Of a stretch of DNA of 64,000 bases, positions 35,780-46,390 are shown piece after piece (the stretch's first letter is position 1; each line of letters starts with the position of its first letter). The translations under genes were made by a program, and so were the position numbers. The stretch comes from an uncultured bacterium. GTDB taxonomy: Bacteria; Patescibacteriota; Patescibacteriia; Patescibacteriales; UBA12465. The notes beneath the pieces are model-generated. The model did not search any database. It saw only the letters and a list, made by a program, of their open reading frames with translations, and was not told the origin of the DNA. Location of the stretch: NCBI GenBank assembly GCA_942492765.1, contig OW818634.1, positions 665,159 through 729,158 of the forward strand. Direction: 5' to 3'.

Positions 35780-36325
35780 ATGAAAAAGATCGTAGTTTTT
35801 TTATTTGCAGTTATGTTGGCTGGAATAGGATTCAGCCAAGAGAAGGAACGGCTTTTAGAGCTCGTTTCCGGCCCGGAAGGATTAGTAATAGATTCCTTGA
35901 GCAGTCAAGAGAATATCCCGCAATCTAAAGACCTTTATTCGTTCATTAATCAGAAATTCCAGGAATGGGGCCTAGATCAGCCCAGTCCTCCTACGGGCAG
36001 GACCGTGGTGGACGTGTATAAGCTCAAGAGCGACGCCACCTTCGCCGAGGTTTTCGCTTCTATTTCTGGCGCTAAGGGAGGAAGAGCCCTTTCTCAGGCT
36101 CAGATAAACGCCTTTTCTAAGAATCATCAAGAATTTTCGGATAGGCCGGAAGATCATATGTTCTTTTTCTTCCAGGCTAATGCCGAGTATTGGGTCGCTA
36201 GCTTATGCGCTCGCGGTACTAACCGTCCGGTCATCAGTCCGTTAAGATTATCTTATGATCGCGACTGGCACCCGAGTTCTGAGCCAGAAGTTAACTTCTA
36301 CTTCGTGATTCCGCGCCTTAAATAG
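35780..36325 (+). CDS. Hypothetical secreted protein
   Basis: Signal-like 'MKKIVVFLFAVMLAGIGFSQ'. An AAATCCCTTG/CAAGGGATTT + T-run terminator lies at 36351-36378. Confidence 0.6.
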   Translation: MKKIVVFLFAVMLAGIGFSQEKERLLELVSGPEGLVIDSLSSQENIPQSKDLYSFINQKFQEWGLDQPSPPTGRTVVDVYKLKSDATFAEVFASISGAKGGRALSQAQINAFSKNHQEFSDRPEDHMFFFFQANAEYWVASLCARGTNRPVISPLRLSYDRDWHPSSEPEVNFYFVIPRLK

Positions 36326-36428
36326 CCGTATAGATGAGAATGTTCCTTTAAAATCCCTTGAAAAACAAGGGATTTTTTGTATTCTGTCAACTTTAAAAAA
36401 GTTCCCGATTAGGTTATAATTATATTAT

Positions 36429-37556
36429 ATGAATACCTATCTGATTTATTTTTTATTGATCGCCCTCATTGCCGGATTAGCGGTCGTCATCGCCCTACTG
36501 CTTAAGAAAAAAGACGGGACCGACAGCGGCAAGCTAGACGCTTTAGCCGAGCGCTTGATTCAGCAATCGGAAAAACTATCGCACCTGTCCCAGCAGAACG
36601 GCGAATTGCGCGGTGAGCTGGATCGGAAATTATCAGAAACCCATCGCAGCAACCAGGAGCAATTCGGTCAGACCGCCAAGATTGTTCAGAGTATCACTTC
36701 GCAATCGGCTAAGCTCATCGCTGACGTGACTGAAAAGCTTACTAAGCTCGATGAGACTAATAAGCAAGTCGTCAATTTTTCTTCCCAGCTCCAGAATCTC
36801 CAGGATATCCTGAAGAATCCGAAACAGCGCGGCGTCCTCGGGGAATATTTTCTGGAAGAGACTTTGAAGAATGTCTTGCCCCCGGGATCTTATGAGATGC
36901 AATACAAGATGGGGCGCGACGAGAAGACGGGCAAAGACCTGATTGTCGATGCGGTCGTCTTCGTCAAGGATAAGGTCATCCCGATCGATGCGAAATTCTC
37001 GCTAGAAAATTATGAACGCATCCTGAACGCGACTGATTCGGAAACGCGGGAGAAAATGGAACAGGAATTCAAGAAAGATCTCAAGAATCGGATCGACGAG
37101 ACCGCTAAGTATGTCTTGCCCGAGAGGAAGACTATGGAATTCGCTTTCATGTTCATTCCCTCGGAAGCGATTTATTATGATCTGCTCGTCAATAAGGTCG
37201 GCGCCGTCAAGGTCAATACGCGCGACCTGATCGAATATGCTTTCCGCGATAAAAAGGTCATCATCGTTTCGCCGACCTCTTTCTTAGCTTATCTGCAGAC
37301 CGTACTGCAAGGCTTGAAGGCAATGCAGATTGAAGAGAAGGCTATAGAGATCCGGGCGAATATCGAGAAGCTGGGCAAGCACATGGCTGGTTATGATGAA
37401 TTCATTAAGAAGCTGGGAACGAGCTTATCGACGACAGTCAATCATTATAATAACGCTTCCGCCGAATTCAAGAAGATAGATAAGGACGTGATGAAGATAA
37501 CCGGAGGCAAGAGCGAGCTGGAAGTCCTGACCATAGAGCGTCCGAAACAAGGATAA
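36429..37556 (+). CDS. rmuC: DNA recombination protein RmuC
   Basis: N-terminal TM plus coiled coil. 'RGVLGEYFLEETLKNVLP...YEMQY' and 'DAKFSLENY', 'FMFIPSEAIY' are typical of the RmuC nuclease-like domain. Confidence 0.85.
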   Translation: MNTYLIYFLLIALIAGLAVVIALLLKKKDGTDSGKLDALAERLIQQSEKLSHLSQQNGELRGELDRKLSETHRSNQEQFGQTAKIVQSITSQSAKLIADVTEKLTKLDETNKQVVNFSSQLQNLQDILKNPKQRGVLGEYFLEETLKNVLPPGSYEMQYKMGRDEKTGKDLIVDAVVFVKDKVIPIDAKFSLENYERILNATDSETREKMEQEFKKDLKNRIDETAKYVLPERKTMEFAFMFIPSEAIYYDLLVNKVGAVKVNTRDLIEYAFRDKKVIIVSPTSFLAYLQTVLQGLKAMQIEEKAIEIRANIEKLGKHMAGYDEFIKKLGTSLSTTVNHYNNASAEFKKIDKDVMKITGGKSELEVLTIERPKQG

Positions 37557-37560
37557 TCAC

Positions 37561-38463
37561 ATGTCAGAATACGAAATAAAACCAGGAGATAATCTTAAAG
37601 AAGCAGTCATCCGCGTGATTGCTTTCTTTGATTTATTCGATCATCCGCTGACAGCTTATGAGATCAGGGCCCAGCTTGGCCGAAGATGGAAATTAGCTGA
37701 TATCCTCGATCTCTTAGACAGAGAAATATCAAGGCCGGCCGCGAAAATCGCTAGTCAGAATAGTTTTTATTTCTTAATCGGCCGTGATAGCCTAGTGGCC
37801 GAGAGGCAGAAGCGCCATAATTACGGCGCCAGAAAGCTGAAGATCGCTCGCCGTTTCGCGCGCGTCTTTTCTTTTTTTCCGGCCGTTAGGATGGTCGCTC
37901 TGGCTAATGCTTTAGGGCAGAATAATTTGCGCGACGGCAGCGATATTGATTTTTTCATCATCAGTGCGCCGCATCGCATCTGGCTCGCTCGCCTTTATTG
38001 CACCGGCCTGGCGAAGCTCTTGAATCAGCGGCCGCGCGTGGAAAATAAGAAGGATAAGATCTGCCTGAGCTTTTATGCCGCCTCTGATCACCTCTGCTTG
38101 GATGATTTGCGGCTCAATGGCGACGATCCCTATTTTGATTATTGGCGTCGGTCCTTGGTTTTATTGTATAATAAGGATAAGACTTACGAACGTTTCTTAG
38201 AGGCGAACGGTTTGGCTGCTAGAACGCCGTTTACGAGGGTGGGAATATTCGCTCAGCCCAGTTTTTTCCTGAATAAGATAGAGGCGCTAGCCAAAATGAT
38301 CCAGTTAGCCATCATGCCAGCGGAATTGAGATCGGCTATGAATAATTCCGATGGCGTCGTCATCAATGATTCAATCTTAAAATTATACCGGCGCGATCGG
38401 CGCCGCGAATACGCGGAAAAATATGGAAACAAAGTTAACGAGATCCTTAAAGAAGATAGTTGA
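37561..38463 (+). CDS. Hypothetical protein with nucleotidyltransferase-fold-like motif
   Basis: 'ALGQNNLRDGSDIDFFIIS' resembles the GS...DxD NTase signature. The rest is unassigned. Confidence 0.4.
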   Translation: MSEYEIKPGDNLKEAVIRVIAFFDLFDHPLTAYEIRAQLGRRWKLADILDLLDREISRPAAKIASQNSFYFLIGRDSLVAERQKRHNYGARKLKIARRFARVFSFFPAVRMVALANALGQNNLRDGSDIDFFIISAPHRIWLARLYCTGLAKLLNQRPRVENKKDKICLSFYAASDHLCLDDLRLNGDDPYFDYWRRSLVLLYNKDKTYERFLEANGLAARTPFTRVGIFAQPSFFLNKIEALAKMIQLAIMPAELRSAMNNSDGVVINDSILKLYRRDRRREYAEKYGNKVNEILKEDS

Positions 38464-39724
38464 GTATTCTTTCTATCTTTTTGTCTTTCTTTTCCCTTGG
38501 CAGACCAAGCTGATTTTGCGTTCGGCCGATACTAATTTTAATGAGATCAGCCTTTACGTCAGCCACCTCCTGCTTTTGGCGATACTAGTGGTCTTCTTCA
38601 TCTACAAAATCAAACGGCCGCAGAGTTCCGGGGCTATCTCTTGGCTCTGGTGGGCTCTAGCCGGCTTAGAGATAGCCGTCCTCGTATCTTTTTTCGTCGC
38701 CCCTGATCAGGTTCTAGCTTTTTATCATTATCTCCTTTTCTTGATGGGGGTCGGAGTATTCTATCTTTTGAGAGAGGGAACAGAGGATTATGGCTATGAG
38801 AGCCAGTGCTTCGACAGAGTTAAGATAATCTACGCTTTTCTAGCTAGCATTTTCCTTCAATCGATGCTCGGCATCTATCAATTCTTGAGCCAAACCACCA
38901 TCGTTTCTAAATATCTAGGTCTCGCTGACCATAATCCGGGCACGGCGGGCACAGCCGTGATTGAAACTGCTTCCGGCCGCTGGCTGAGAGTCTATGGCGG
39001 TATGGATCACCCGAATATCTTCGGCGGAGTTCTGGCTATAACTCTGATACTGGCCGCCTATCTCTTGGCGAAGAAGAAGATAATCAGGACTAAGCAGGAA
39101 ATCGGAGAATCTATCTTTTTGTTCATCTTTTATTTCGTGGCTCTCTTTGCCCTTTTCTTTACTTTTTCCCGGACAGCTTGGATAGCCTGCGCTGTCGGTT
39201 TAGCCGTCCTGCTCGTGAGCTTATTGTTACAGAAAGATCGCTGGGTTCTCGGTCGCTATCTGGCCCTAGTCTTCTTTTCCGGCATCATGCTCTTTATTGT
39301 CGCGTATCCTTATCAGTCCTTGCTTCAAGTCCGTATCCAGGGAGAGACGCGGTTAGAACAGAAATCTCTGAATGAACGCCGCGACTACCTCTGGCAATCG
39401 AAAGATATGATTGCCGGTCATTATCTCGCTGGCGTCGGCGTCGGCAATTATCCTACCTTTTTAAGACAGGCGGATGATTTTAGAAAAGAGGCTTGGGACT
39501 ATCAGCCGGTCCATAATTGTTTCTTGCTCCTTTGGGCGGAATGCGGGGTCTTTTCTTTGATATTTTTTATCACTTTCCTGGGAGCTATGGCCAAAAAAAA
39601 TCGCCACGCGGTTTTTTCCGGAGCGATCTTAGCTTCTTTGCTGGTCATCATGTTCTTAGATCATTGGCTCATCAGCCTGCCCTTCGGCTTGCTCTTCTTA
39701 TTCTTCATTCTCGGACTTATCTGA
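38423..39724 (+). CDS. O-antigen ligase (Wzy_C)-like membrane protein
   Basis: About 10 or more TM segments, 'FTFSRTAWIA' (Wzy_C SR..W motif), and a periplasmic loop 'GVGVGNYPTF'. Confidence 0.7.
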   Translation: METKLTRSLKKIVEYSFYLFVFLFPWQTKLILRSADTNFNEISLYVSHLLLLAILVVFFIYKIKRPQSSGAISWLWWALAGLEIAVLVSFFVAPDQVLAFYHYLLFLMGVGVFYLLREGTEDYGYESQCFDRVKIIYAFLASIFLQSMLGIYQFLSQTTIVSKYLGLADHNPGTAGTAVIETASGRWLRVYGGMDHPNIFGGVLAITLILAAYLLAKKKIIRTKQEIGESIFLFIFYFVALFALFFTFSRTAWIACAVGLAVLLVSLLLQKDRWVLGRYLALVFFSGIMLFIVAYPYQSLLQVRIQGETRLEQKSLNERRDYLWQSKDMIAGHYLAGVGVGNYPTFLRQADDFRKEAWDYQPVHNCFLLLWAECGVFSLIFFITFLGAMAKKNRHAVFSGAILASLLVIMFLDHWLISLPFGLLFLFFILGLI

Positions 39725-39960
39725 GGCTTGAGCCTGATTTTATAGTTCTTTTGCAGGAACATCAAATCATCCTTTAGATTCTTCAAACTCTTATTCAAGA
39801 CGGCGGCGTTATCGCAGCCGTCTTTTTTAATCTGCTGCTTGATGAGGTCCAGCACGGTCGCGATGGTTCCGAAATAATCATCACTCTGGACGTGGAACTT
39901 GACGCTCGCCTCGTCTTTCAAGAGGTGCAAGATTGGGGTCAGCTTGTATTTCTTGTTCAT
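39661..39960 (-). CDS. Hypothetical small protein
   Basis: ATG ORF of 99 aa. Its last ~21 codons overlap the convergent O-antigen-ligase gene, so the true C-terminus is uncertain. Confidence 0.4.
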   Translation of the reverse strand: MNKKYKLTPILHLLKDEASVKFHVQSDDYFGTIATVLDLIKQQIKKDGCDNAAVLNKSLKNLKDDLMFLQKNYKIRLKPQISPRMKNKKSKPKGRLMSQ

Positions 39961-39969
39961 ATTAATTTT

Positions 39970-41199
39970 TTAATTGCCATTCCAATTAACCTTTTTCCAG
40001 ATGGTAGCGAAAAGTACAACTTGGAGAGAAGCTAATAATAATGGGGATATTTTTAAAGCAAATTTATCAGAAAGCCCCATCGCTAGCGCTAAGAATAATA
40101 ATAACCCGATTATTCTTCCGGTATTCAAGAACACTTCATTGTCGACAATCAGGGCGTATTTTTCGCTGGGATGAGCGCTCAGTTCTTTATCCATGACATC
40201 CAACTGCCACGTATCAAGGGTTAGCTCGTAAAAAGCGATTGGCAGATTAGCTAAGAGTACATATGTTAGTATTGGCACATTCCCTCCCAGAAATAGGATG
40301 ATTCCTAAAACTAAGGATAGTAATAAGGAAACTAAGAATACCGGACCGCGGTGATGCTGCTTAGCTAGGCGTCCGTATAGATAATAAAGAATGATCGAAA
40401 ACAGACTGACGGCCGCCCCGATAGTTCCCAATACCCCTTCTTTTCCTAAGAAATATAGAACTAGTAGGGTACAAATCAGGGAATTCGTGCCTTCGAGTAT
40501 GCCAATCGATATGTTGGCTATTCTGACTGAGGTCCATTTTCGCGATATGGATAGCTGCCATATAGTCTTGATTACCGGAGAATCGAATTTCATGCCTAAG
40601 AGGATATACCCAGCAAAAAAGACAGAAATCAAGGCAAAGATAGTGACTGAGACATAAGCGGAAGTCGGAGAATATAGTCCGCTGATATCGGCAAAAGCGA
40701 TTATCCACCCAATCAAGAAAGAGACAAAAATTTTGATGACTGAATTGGCAATTGACGCTATGCTAAAAAAATAATTGCGTGCCGTGGAATTAGTTTCTTG
40801 AAAAGTTAAGTAATTTCGACTGGCCCAATAGATGCCGCCGCCCATCCCGGAGATCAGCCCGTAGGCGAATAATTGTAGCCAGCCGAAACTATGGAAGAAA
40901 ATGACAGAAACGACCCCCAACATCGCTAAGAATAAGCCAATGAGGTGAGTGTGAGTGATCGGCAGCTTCTTAAGCAGTTTACCGTTAATGAAAAAGCCTA
41001 TGGGCAGGGCGAAAAACATCCCTAAATTATAGATAATAGCCGTTTCGACAGATGAAGTCATTCTCCAAATATAGGCGTTAAGGAATAGGGCCAATATCGG
41101 CGAAGTAACGGCGCGCAGATTGTAAGACAAAATTAACAGGCGCGCTTTATGCGGTAATGACCTATAATGCTCGAATTCGTTTTTAAGAAAATTTTTCAT
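39970..41199 (-). CDS. MFS-type transporter
   Basis: About 12 hydrophobic segments arranged 6+6 with a central loop. No substrate-specific motif recognised. Confidence 0.6.
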   Translation of the reverse strand: MKNFLKNEFEHYRSLPHKARLLILSYNLRAVTSPILALFLNAYIWRMTSSVETAIIYNLGMFFALPIGFFINGKLLKKLPITHTHLIGLFLAMLGVVSVIFFHSFGWLQLFAYGLISGMGGGIYWASRNYLTFQETNSTARNYFFSIASIANSVIKIFVSFLIGWIIAFADISGLYSPTSAYVSVTIFALISVFFAGYILLGMKFDSPVIKTIWQLSISRKWTSVRIANISIGILEGTNSLICTLLVLYFLGKEGVLGTIGAAVSLFSIILYYLYGRLAKQHHRGPVFLVSLLLSLVLGIILFLGGNVPILTYVLLANLPIAFYELTLDTWQLDVMDKELSAHPSEKYALIVDNEVFLNTGRIIGLLLFLALAMGLSDKFALKISPLLLASLQVVLFATIWKKVNWNGN

Positions 41200-41269
41200 G
41201 CGATTGCCTTAATCTTTGTCTGGAAAATAAAAACCCGAAAAAATTTTTCGGGAATTTTTATTTTTTAAT

Positions 41270-41986
41270 TCAAATGATGCTAGCAAACTTGCCCTTGCCA
41301 ATGATCAGATGATCCAATACTTCTATATCCAGGATATTCCCGGCTTCAATCAACTTATTCGTGATCTCTACATCAGCCTTGGTCGCTTTGATAACGCCAG
41401 AGGGATGATTATGGGCGATGATGACAGCGGCGGCGGAATATTCCAAGGCCGGACGGAAGACCTCGCGCGCGTTGACGAGCGAAGCATCGAGCGTGCCGAT
41501 AGAGATGACTTCATCATGAATCAGCTGGTAATGCGTATTAAGATAGAGGCCGCGGAATTGCTCCTTATTGAGGCTGCCCATGTCTTTAAGATATTCGAAG
41601 GCCTGTTTCGCAGTCCTGATAGTTATCGATCCACCTGGTTTTTTCTGATAGAAGCGGCGGCCGAGCTCAAAGCAGGCGACAATCTGGCAAGCTTTCACTA
41701 AAGGAATCTTCAGGTCGCGCTCGATGACGCTCGGGTCTTTCTGGTAAGCGATGCCTTTTTCGCCGTATTCGCGGAGGAGGCGACTAGACATAGAAAAGAC
41801 TTCTTCTTTCTTGGTGCCGACGCTCAGGATAATCGCTAGAAGCTCGGCCGAACTGAGCGCTCCAGCGCCTTCTTTCACTAGCTTTTCGCGCGGTTTTTCA
41901 TCTTCGGCCATATCCTTGACGCGCAGGATCTTATACTGCTTGCCGTGGTTCAGGACGAAATTGCGGTCGCTTATCTTGTAAGGCAT
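41270..41986 (-). CDS. radC: RadC/JAB-domain protein
   Basis: 'PREKL', 'SSAELLAIIL' (HhH), and JAB/MPN motif 'AHNHPSG'. The start may be the internal Met ('MAEDEKPREKL'). Confidence 0.85.
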   Translation of the reverse strand: MPYKISDRNFVLNHGKQYKILRVKDMAEDEKPREKLVKEGAGALSSAELLAIILSVGTKKEEVFSMSSRLLREYGEKGIAYQKDPSVIERDLKIPLVKACQIVACFELGRRFYQKKPGGSITIRTAKQAFEYLKDMGSLNKEQFRGLYLNTHYQLIHDEVISIGTLDASLVNAREVFRPALEYSAAAVIIAHNHPSGVIKATKADVEITNKLIEAGNILDIEVLDHLIIGKGKFASII

Positions 41987-42099
41987 AATATTCCTAATTT
42001 AATAATGATTGATAGGTTTCCCTTGCTTTAAATTATATCAAAGATGTGGTAAATTTAAAACACGAGAATGCCCTAATTTCTAAAATCCCTAGTAATTAT

Positions 42100-43365
42100 A
42101 TGAATAAATATAAAGTTAATATTCTGTCAAATAAGATTCCTTTGATAACCGTGCCGATAAAAGGAGCGCCGACCGCGACTGCCTTAGTTATCATCAAGAC
42201 CGGCTCTAAATATGAGACCAAAGACAATAATGGCATATCCCATTTTTTAGAGCACATGTTTTTTAAAGGGACGGTCAAACGTCCGAGTACCTTAGCGCTA
42301 TCCAGCGAACTAGATTCGCTCGGCGGAGAATACAACGCTTTTACGGCTAAAGAGTTTACTGGCTATTGGGTCAAAGTGGCCGCGCCGCGACTGCCGGAAG
42401 CGCTCGATATCTTAAATGATATGCTTCTTAATTCTAAGATTTTGCCGGAAGAAGTCGAAAGAGAGAAGGGCGTCATTATCGAGGAATTGAATATGTATGA
42501 GGATAATCCGATGATGCACGTCGAGGACGTCTTCGAATCGGTCCTTTACGGCGATACTCCGGCCGGCTGGGAGACTATCGGCACCAAGAAGAATATTGCT
42601 GGCTTCAAGCACGCCGATTTCATGAAATATTTGGAAACGCAGTATGGCGCTAGGTCGATGCATGTCGTGTTGGTCGGAGGCATCAAAGCTGGGGCAAAGA
42701 AAGAGGCGATGAAGACGTTTTCTAAGTTCAAAGCTAATAAATGGCAAGACAAGCCGGCGGTCAGAGAGAATCAAAAATTACCGCAGTCGAGGATTATCTA
42801 TAAGAAGACTGACCAAGTGAATCTGTCTCTCGGCGTCCGCGCTTTTCCGATCGGCCATCCGGACGAATTTAAGGTTAAGCTCTTATCTATAATCTTAGGA
42901 GGCTCGATGAGTTCGCGTCTATTCATAAATCTGCGCGAGCGCAACGGCTTGGCTTATTATGTCCGGACCATGAACGAGACGTATACCGACTCCGGTTATC
43001 TGACGACCCAGGCTGGCGTGCCGATCGCTAAAACAGAGGCGGCCATAAAAATAATTCTAGCGGAATATAAGAAGCTGACGACCGAACTCGTCGGCGCTAA
43101 GGAATTGAAACGCGCCAAGGATTTATTACAGGGCAAGTCGCTCTTGCAGATGGAAGCGACGGATAATCTCGCGACTTGGTATGCCCGCCAGGCGATCTTG
43201 CGCCGAAAGATGCTGACCCCGGGAGAATTTTTGAAGCAGATTAATAAGGTAACGGCGAATGACTTGCGCCTTGTCGCCAGAAAGATATTCATAAATAGCA
43301 GCTTGAATATGGCTGTCATCGGAAAAATTAAAGCGGATAAGTTCAAGAACATCTTGAAATTCTAA
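42100..43365 (+). CDS. M16 (pitrilysin)-family zinc peptidase
   Basis: 'GISHFLEHMFFKGT' HxxEH zinc motif, with the downstream Glu in 'LGGEYNAFT'. ATG at 42100; the track start is GTG. Confidence 0.85.
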   Translation: MNKYKVNILSNKIPLITVPIKGAPTATALVIIKTGSKYETKDNNGISHFLEHMFFKGTVKRPSTLALSSELDSLGGEYNAFTAKEFTGYWVKVAAPRLPEALDILNDMLLNSKILPEEVEREKGVIIEELNMYEDNPMMHVEDVFESVLYGDTPAGWETIGTKKNIAGFKHADFMKYLETQYGARSMHVVLVGGIKAGAKKEAMKTFSKFKANKWQDKPAVRENQKLPQSRIIYKKTDQVNLSLGVRAFPIGHPDEFKVKLLSIILGGSMSSRLFINLRERNGLAYYVRTMNETYTDSGYLTTQAGVPIAKTEAAIKIILAEYKKLTTELVGAKELKRAKDLLQGKSLLQMEATDNLATWYARQAILRRKMLTPGEFLKQINKVTANDLRLVARKIFINSSLNMAVIGKIKADKFKNILKF

Positions 43366-43386
43366 AATAAGTTAAATGATCAGGCA

Positions 43387-46380
43387 ATGTCTAAGGAATC
43401 AATAAAACAATTGAATAAGGCGCAGCAGGCGGCCGTCATCCATGACCAAGGCCCGCTTTTAATAGTGGCTGGAGCCGGTACGGGCAAGACCACGGTTCTG
43501 ATAAATCGTCTGGCCCATCTGGCTATAGATAAGAAAATCAAAACCGATGAGATGCTGCTCCTGACTTTTACGGAGAAAGCGGCCGGAGAACTGGAAGAGA
43601 GGGCGGATAAGATCATGCCTTATGGCTACGTCGATCTCTGGATCAATACTTTTCATGGCTTCTGCGAAAGGATACTCCGGGAATTCGGCCTGGATATCGG
43701 ATTGAACCCCGGCTTTAAGCTGCTCAGCTCGACTGATCAGTGGGTGCTCGTCAAGAAGAATCTAGATCGCTTCAACTTAGATTATTATCGTCCGCTCGGC
43801 AATCCGACCAAGTTCATTTCCGAATTATTGCGTCATTTTTCCCGTCTCAAGGACGAGAATATTTCTCCGGCTGAGTACCTGAAATATTCAGAAGAGCTGG
43901 AAGCGGGCCTGCCCGGAGATGAAGACGAGGAAGTTCAGGAGAAGGATAGGGTCAAAGAGCTCGCTGGCGCTTATCATGCCTATAATCAGCTATTATTGGA
44001 GAATAATTTTTTAGATTTTGGCGATCTGATCGTCTATGCTTTGAAATTATTCAGAGAGCGGAAGAATATCTTGAAGTTTTATCGCGACAAGTTCAAGTAC
44101 ATCATGGTCGACGAATTCCAGGACACGAATTGGGCGCAATATGAATTAGTGAAGATGCTGGCCGCGCCGAAGAATAATCTCGTGGTCGTCGGCGACGATG
44201 ATCAAGCAATCTATAAGTTTCGCGGCGCGTCCTTATCAAATATCATGCAGTTCAAGGATGATTATCCTAAGGCCGAAGAGATCGTCTTGACCGAGAATTA
44301 CCGTTCGCGCCAACCCATCCTCGATCGGGCTTACGAATTTATCCAGCATAATAATCCGAACCGCTTAGAGACCAGGCTGAAATTAGACAAGCAGCTGGTC
44401 GCTAAAGGAGATATCAATAAGAAGAAGCTCTCTGGCAGCCCGGTTAAGTTTTTGAACTTCGAATCAGCCTCGGAAGAAGTGTCTTTTGTCTCTCGCCGCC
44501 TGCAAGAGCTCCATGATGCCGATCAGGGAGGGGTCACCTGGTCTGATTGCGCTATTCTCGTGCGCGCGAACGATACAGCCGAGGCCTATGTCAAGGAATT
44601 GACCCGCCAGAATATCCCGAACCAGTTCATGTCCTGGCGCGGACTCTACTATAAGCCGATTATTCTCGACATCCTAGCTTTTTTCCGGCTCTTGGATAAT
44701 TATCATGAATCATCTGCCCTGTTCCGGGTCTTGAATATGGAGATATTCAAAGTCTCGCACCTTGATATCGTAAATATCAATAAGATGGCGGCGCGCAAGG
44801 TCTGGTCTCTCTATGAAGCCCTGAAGAATATCAACGCTATCTCCGGCGTCAGTCCGGAGAGCGTTAAGAATATTGAAAAGCTCTTGGCGCTCATTGAAGA
44901 ATTTTCAAAGATGGCCGCGACCGCCCAGCCGACTAAGATATTCTTGCGTTTCGCTTACGACTCCGGGCTATTGGCGGATCTAGATCATGATCGTGACTTG
45001 GAATTATTCTCATTTTTGAATCAGCTCTACCAAAAGATCAAGAAGATGGAAGAAACCGAACCGGATCTGCGTTTGGGAGATTTCTTGGCGGCGATAAATT
45101 TGGAGCTAGAGGCGGGCGAGACCGGATCATTGAAGCTTGATTTCGCCGATAGCGATACGGTTAAGATTATGACCGTTCATGGCGCTAAAGGCTTAGAATT
45201 CCGATACGTGTTCATGGTCAATCTGGTCGACAAGAAATTCCCGACCATCGCGCGCAGCGAGAAGATCGCCATCCCCGATGCCCTGGTCCGAGAGAAATTA
45301 ACCGAGACGGCCGATGCGCATCTGGAAGAAGAGCGCCGCCTGTTCTATGTGGCGGCCACGAGAGCTAAAGATGAATTATATCTGACCGGCGCTAAGGATT
45401 ACGGCGGCGCTCGGGAGAAGAAGCCGTCGCGCTTTATCTCAGAGATGGGTCTCGCGAGCGAAATCGTGCCAGAATTGACTTTGAGCGAGAAGAATGAGTT
45501 CTTGCGCGACCTGCATTATCTTAATGCCCGCGAATTAGCAAGCGCCGAGAAGAGCGCGGCGGAAAAATATCCCCTGCCTGATAAATTCTCTTTCTCGCAA
45601 TTAGCGGCCTACTCGACCTGTCCGCTGCAATATAAATATGCTTTCATCCTGAAGGTGCCAGCTTCGACCGACAAGGCTTCGCTTATTTTCGGCCGCGTCC
45701 TTCATAATACTTTATATAATTTCTTATTGCCGCTCTTGAGCGAGCGCCAGGCATTGCAAGGCGACCTTTTCGCCGGCCTGGAAAAGGCGGCTGGCAAAGC
45801 CGCGAAAAAGAAAGCTGAGGAAAATCTTTTGAGCGAAAAGAGGCTGATGGAATTATATGCGGAGTTCTGGCAGGCGGACGGCTATGCGTCTAAAGAGCAG
45901 AGAGAAGAATACAAGACGAAGGGCCGCAATGCCTTGAAGAAATTTCTTGTTGCTTATAAATCGGAAGCGGCTCATGAGATCCTGTTCCTAGAAAAAAAAT
46001 TCTCTTTTAAGATCGGTTCCGACGTCATCAAGGGCACTATCGACCGTGTCGATAAGCTCGCTGACGGAACTTTAGAAATAGTCGACTATAAGACCGGCAA
46101 GAATAAGGAGAAGCTGGAGTTTAAGGATAAGCGCCAGCTGATTCTATATCAATTATTCTTGGAAGAATTCCTGGGCGTCAAAGTCAGCGCGCTCAGCTAT
46201 TATTATCTGGAGAGCGGCGAGAAGAGATCGTTTGTCGCTGCCGAAAAAGACATTACTAAATTGCGCGCGGAAATATTGGCGGAGATTGCGGCTATCAAGA
46301 AGCGTGATTTTACGCCGACGCCATCGATGATGTGCCAGTTCTGCGATTTTAATTCTATCTGTGAATTCAGGGAAGTTTAA
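43387..46380 (+). CDS. UvrD/PcrA-type helicase fused to a C-terminal PD-(D/E)xK (Cas4/AddB-like) nuclease domain
   Basis: '[11 protein letters not shown]' (motif I), 'VDEFQDTN' (II), '[13 protein letters not shown]' (III), '[10 protein letters not shown]'. The nuclease is 'GTIDRVD...[10 protein letters not shown]'. Cys in 'YSTCPLQY' plus '[10 protein letters not shown]' give a 4-Cys pattern. Confidence 0.85.
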   Translation: MSKESIKQLNKAQQAAVIHDQGPLLIVAGAGTGKTTVLINRLAHLAIDKKIKTDEMLLLTFTEKAAGELEERADKIMPYGYVDLWINTFHGFCERILREFGLDIGLNPGFKLLSSTDQWVLVKKNLDRFNLDYYRPLGNPTKFISELLRHFSRLKDENISPAEYLKYSEELEAGLPGDEDEEVQEKDRVKELAGAYHAYNQLLLENNFLDFGDLIVYALKLFRERKNILKFYRDKFKYIMVDEFQDTNWAQYELVKMLAAPKNNLVVVGDDDQAIYKFRGASLSNIMQFKDDYPKAEEIVLTENYRSRQPILDRAYEFIQHNNPNRLETRLKLDKQLVAKGDINKKKLSGSPVKFLNFESASEEVSFVSRRLQELHDADQGGVTWSDCAILVRANDTAEAYVKELTRQNIPNQFMSWRGLYYKPIILDILAFFRLLDNYHESSALFRVLNMEIFKVSHLDIVNINKMAARKVWSLYEALKNINAISGVSPESVKNIEKLLALIEEFSKMAATAQPTKIFLRFAYDSGLLADLDHDRDLELFSFLNQLYQKIKKMEETEPDLRLGDFLAAINLELEAGETGSLKLDFADSDTVKIMTVHGAKGLEFRYVFMVNLVDKKFPTIARSEKIAIPDALVREKLTETADAHLEEERRLFYVAATRAKDELYLTGAKDYGGAREKKPSRFISEMGLASEIVPELTLSEKNEFLRDLHYLNARELASAEKSAAEKYPLPDKFSFSQLAAYSTCPLQYKYAFILKVPASTDKASLIFGRVLHNTLYNFLLPLLSERQALQGDLFAGLEKAAGKAAKKKAEENLLSEKRLMELYAEFWQADGYASKEQREEYKTKGRNALKKFLVAYKSEAAHEILFLEKKFSFKIGSDVIKGTIDRVDKLADGTLEIVDYKTGKNKEKLEFKDKRQLILYQLFLEEFLGVKVSALSYYYLESGEKRSFVAAEKDITKLRAEILAEIAAIKKRDFTPTPSMMCQFCDFNSICEFREV

Positions 46381-46390
46381 ATCTAAACAT

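Noticed and set aside
39661-39724. 64-nt convergent overlap between the O-antigen-ligase-like gene and ORF 39661-39960.
   Set aside because: This is most likely an over-extended C-terminus of the low-confidence small ORF rather than a functional overlap. There is no supporting signal.
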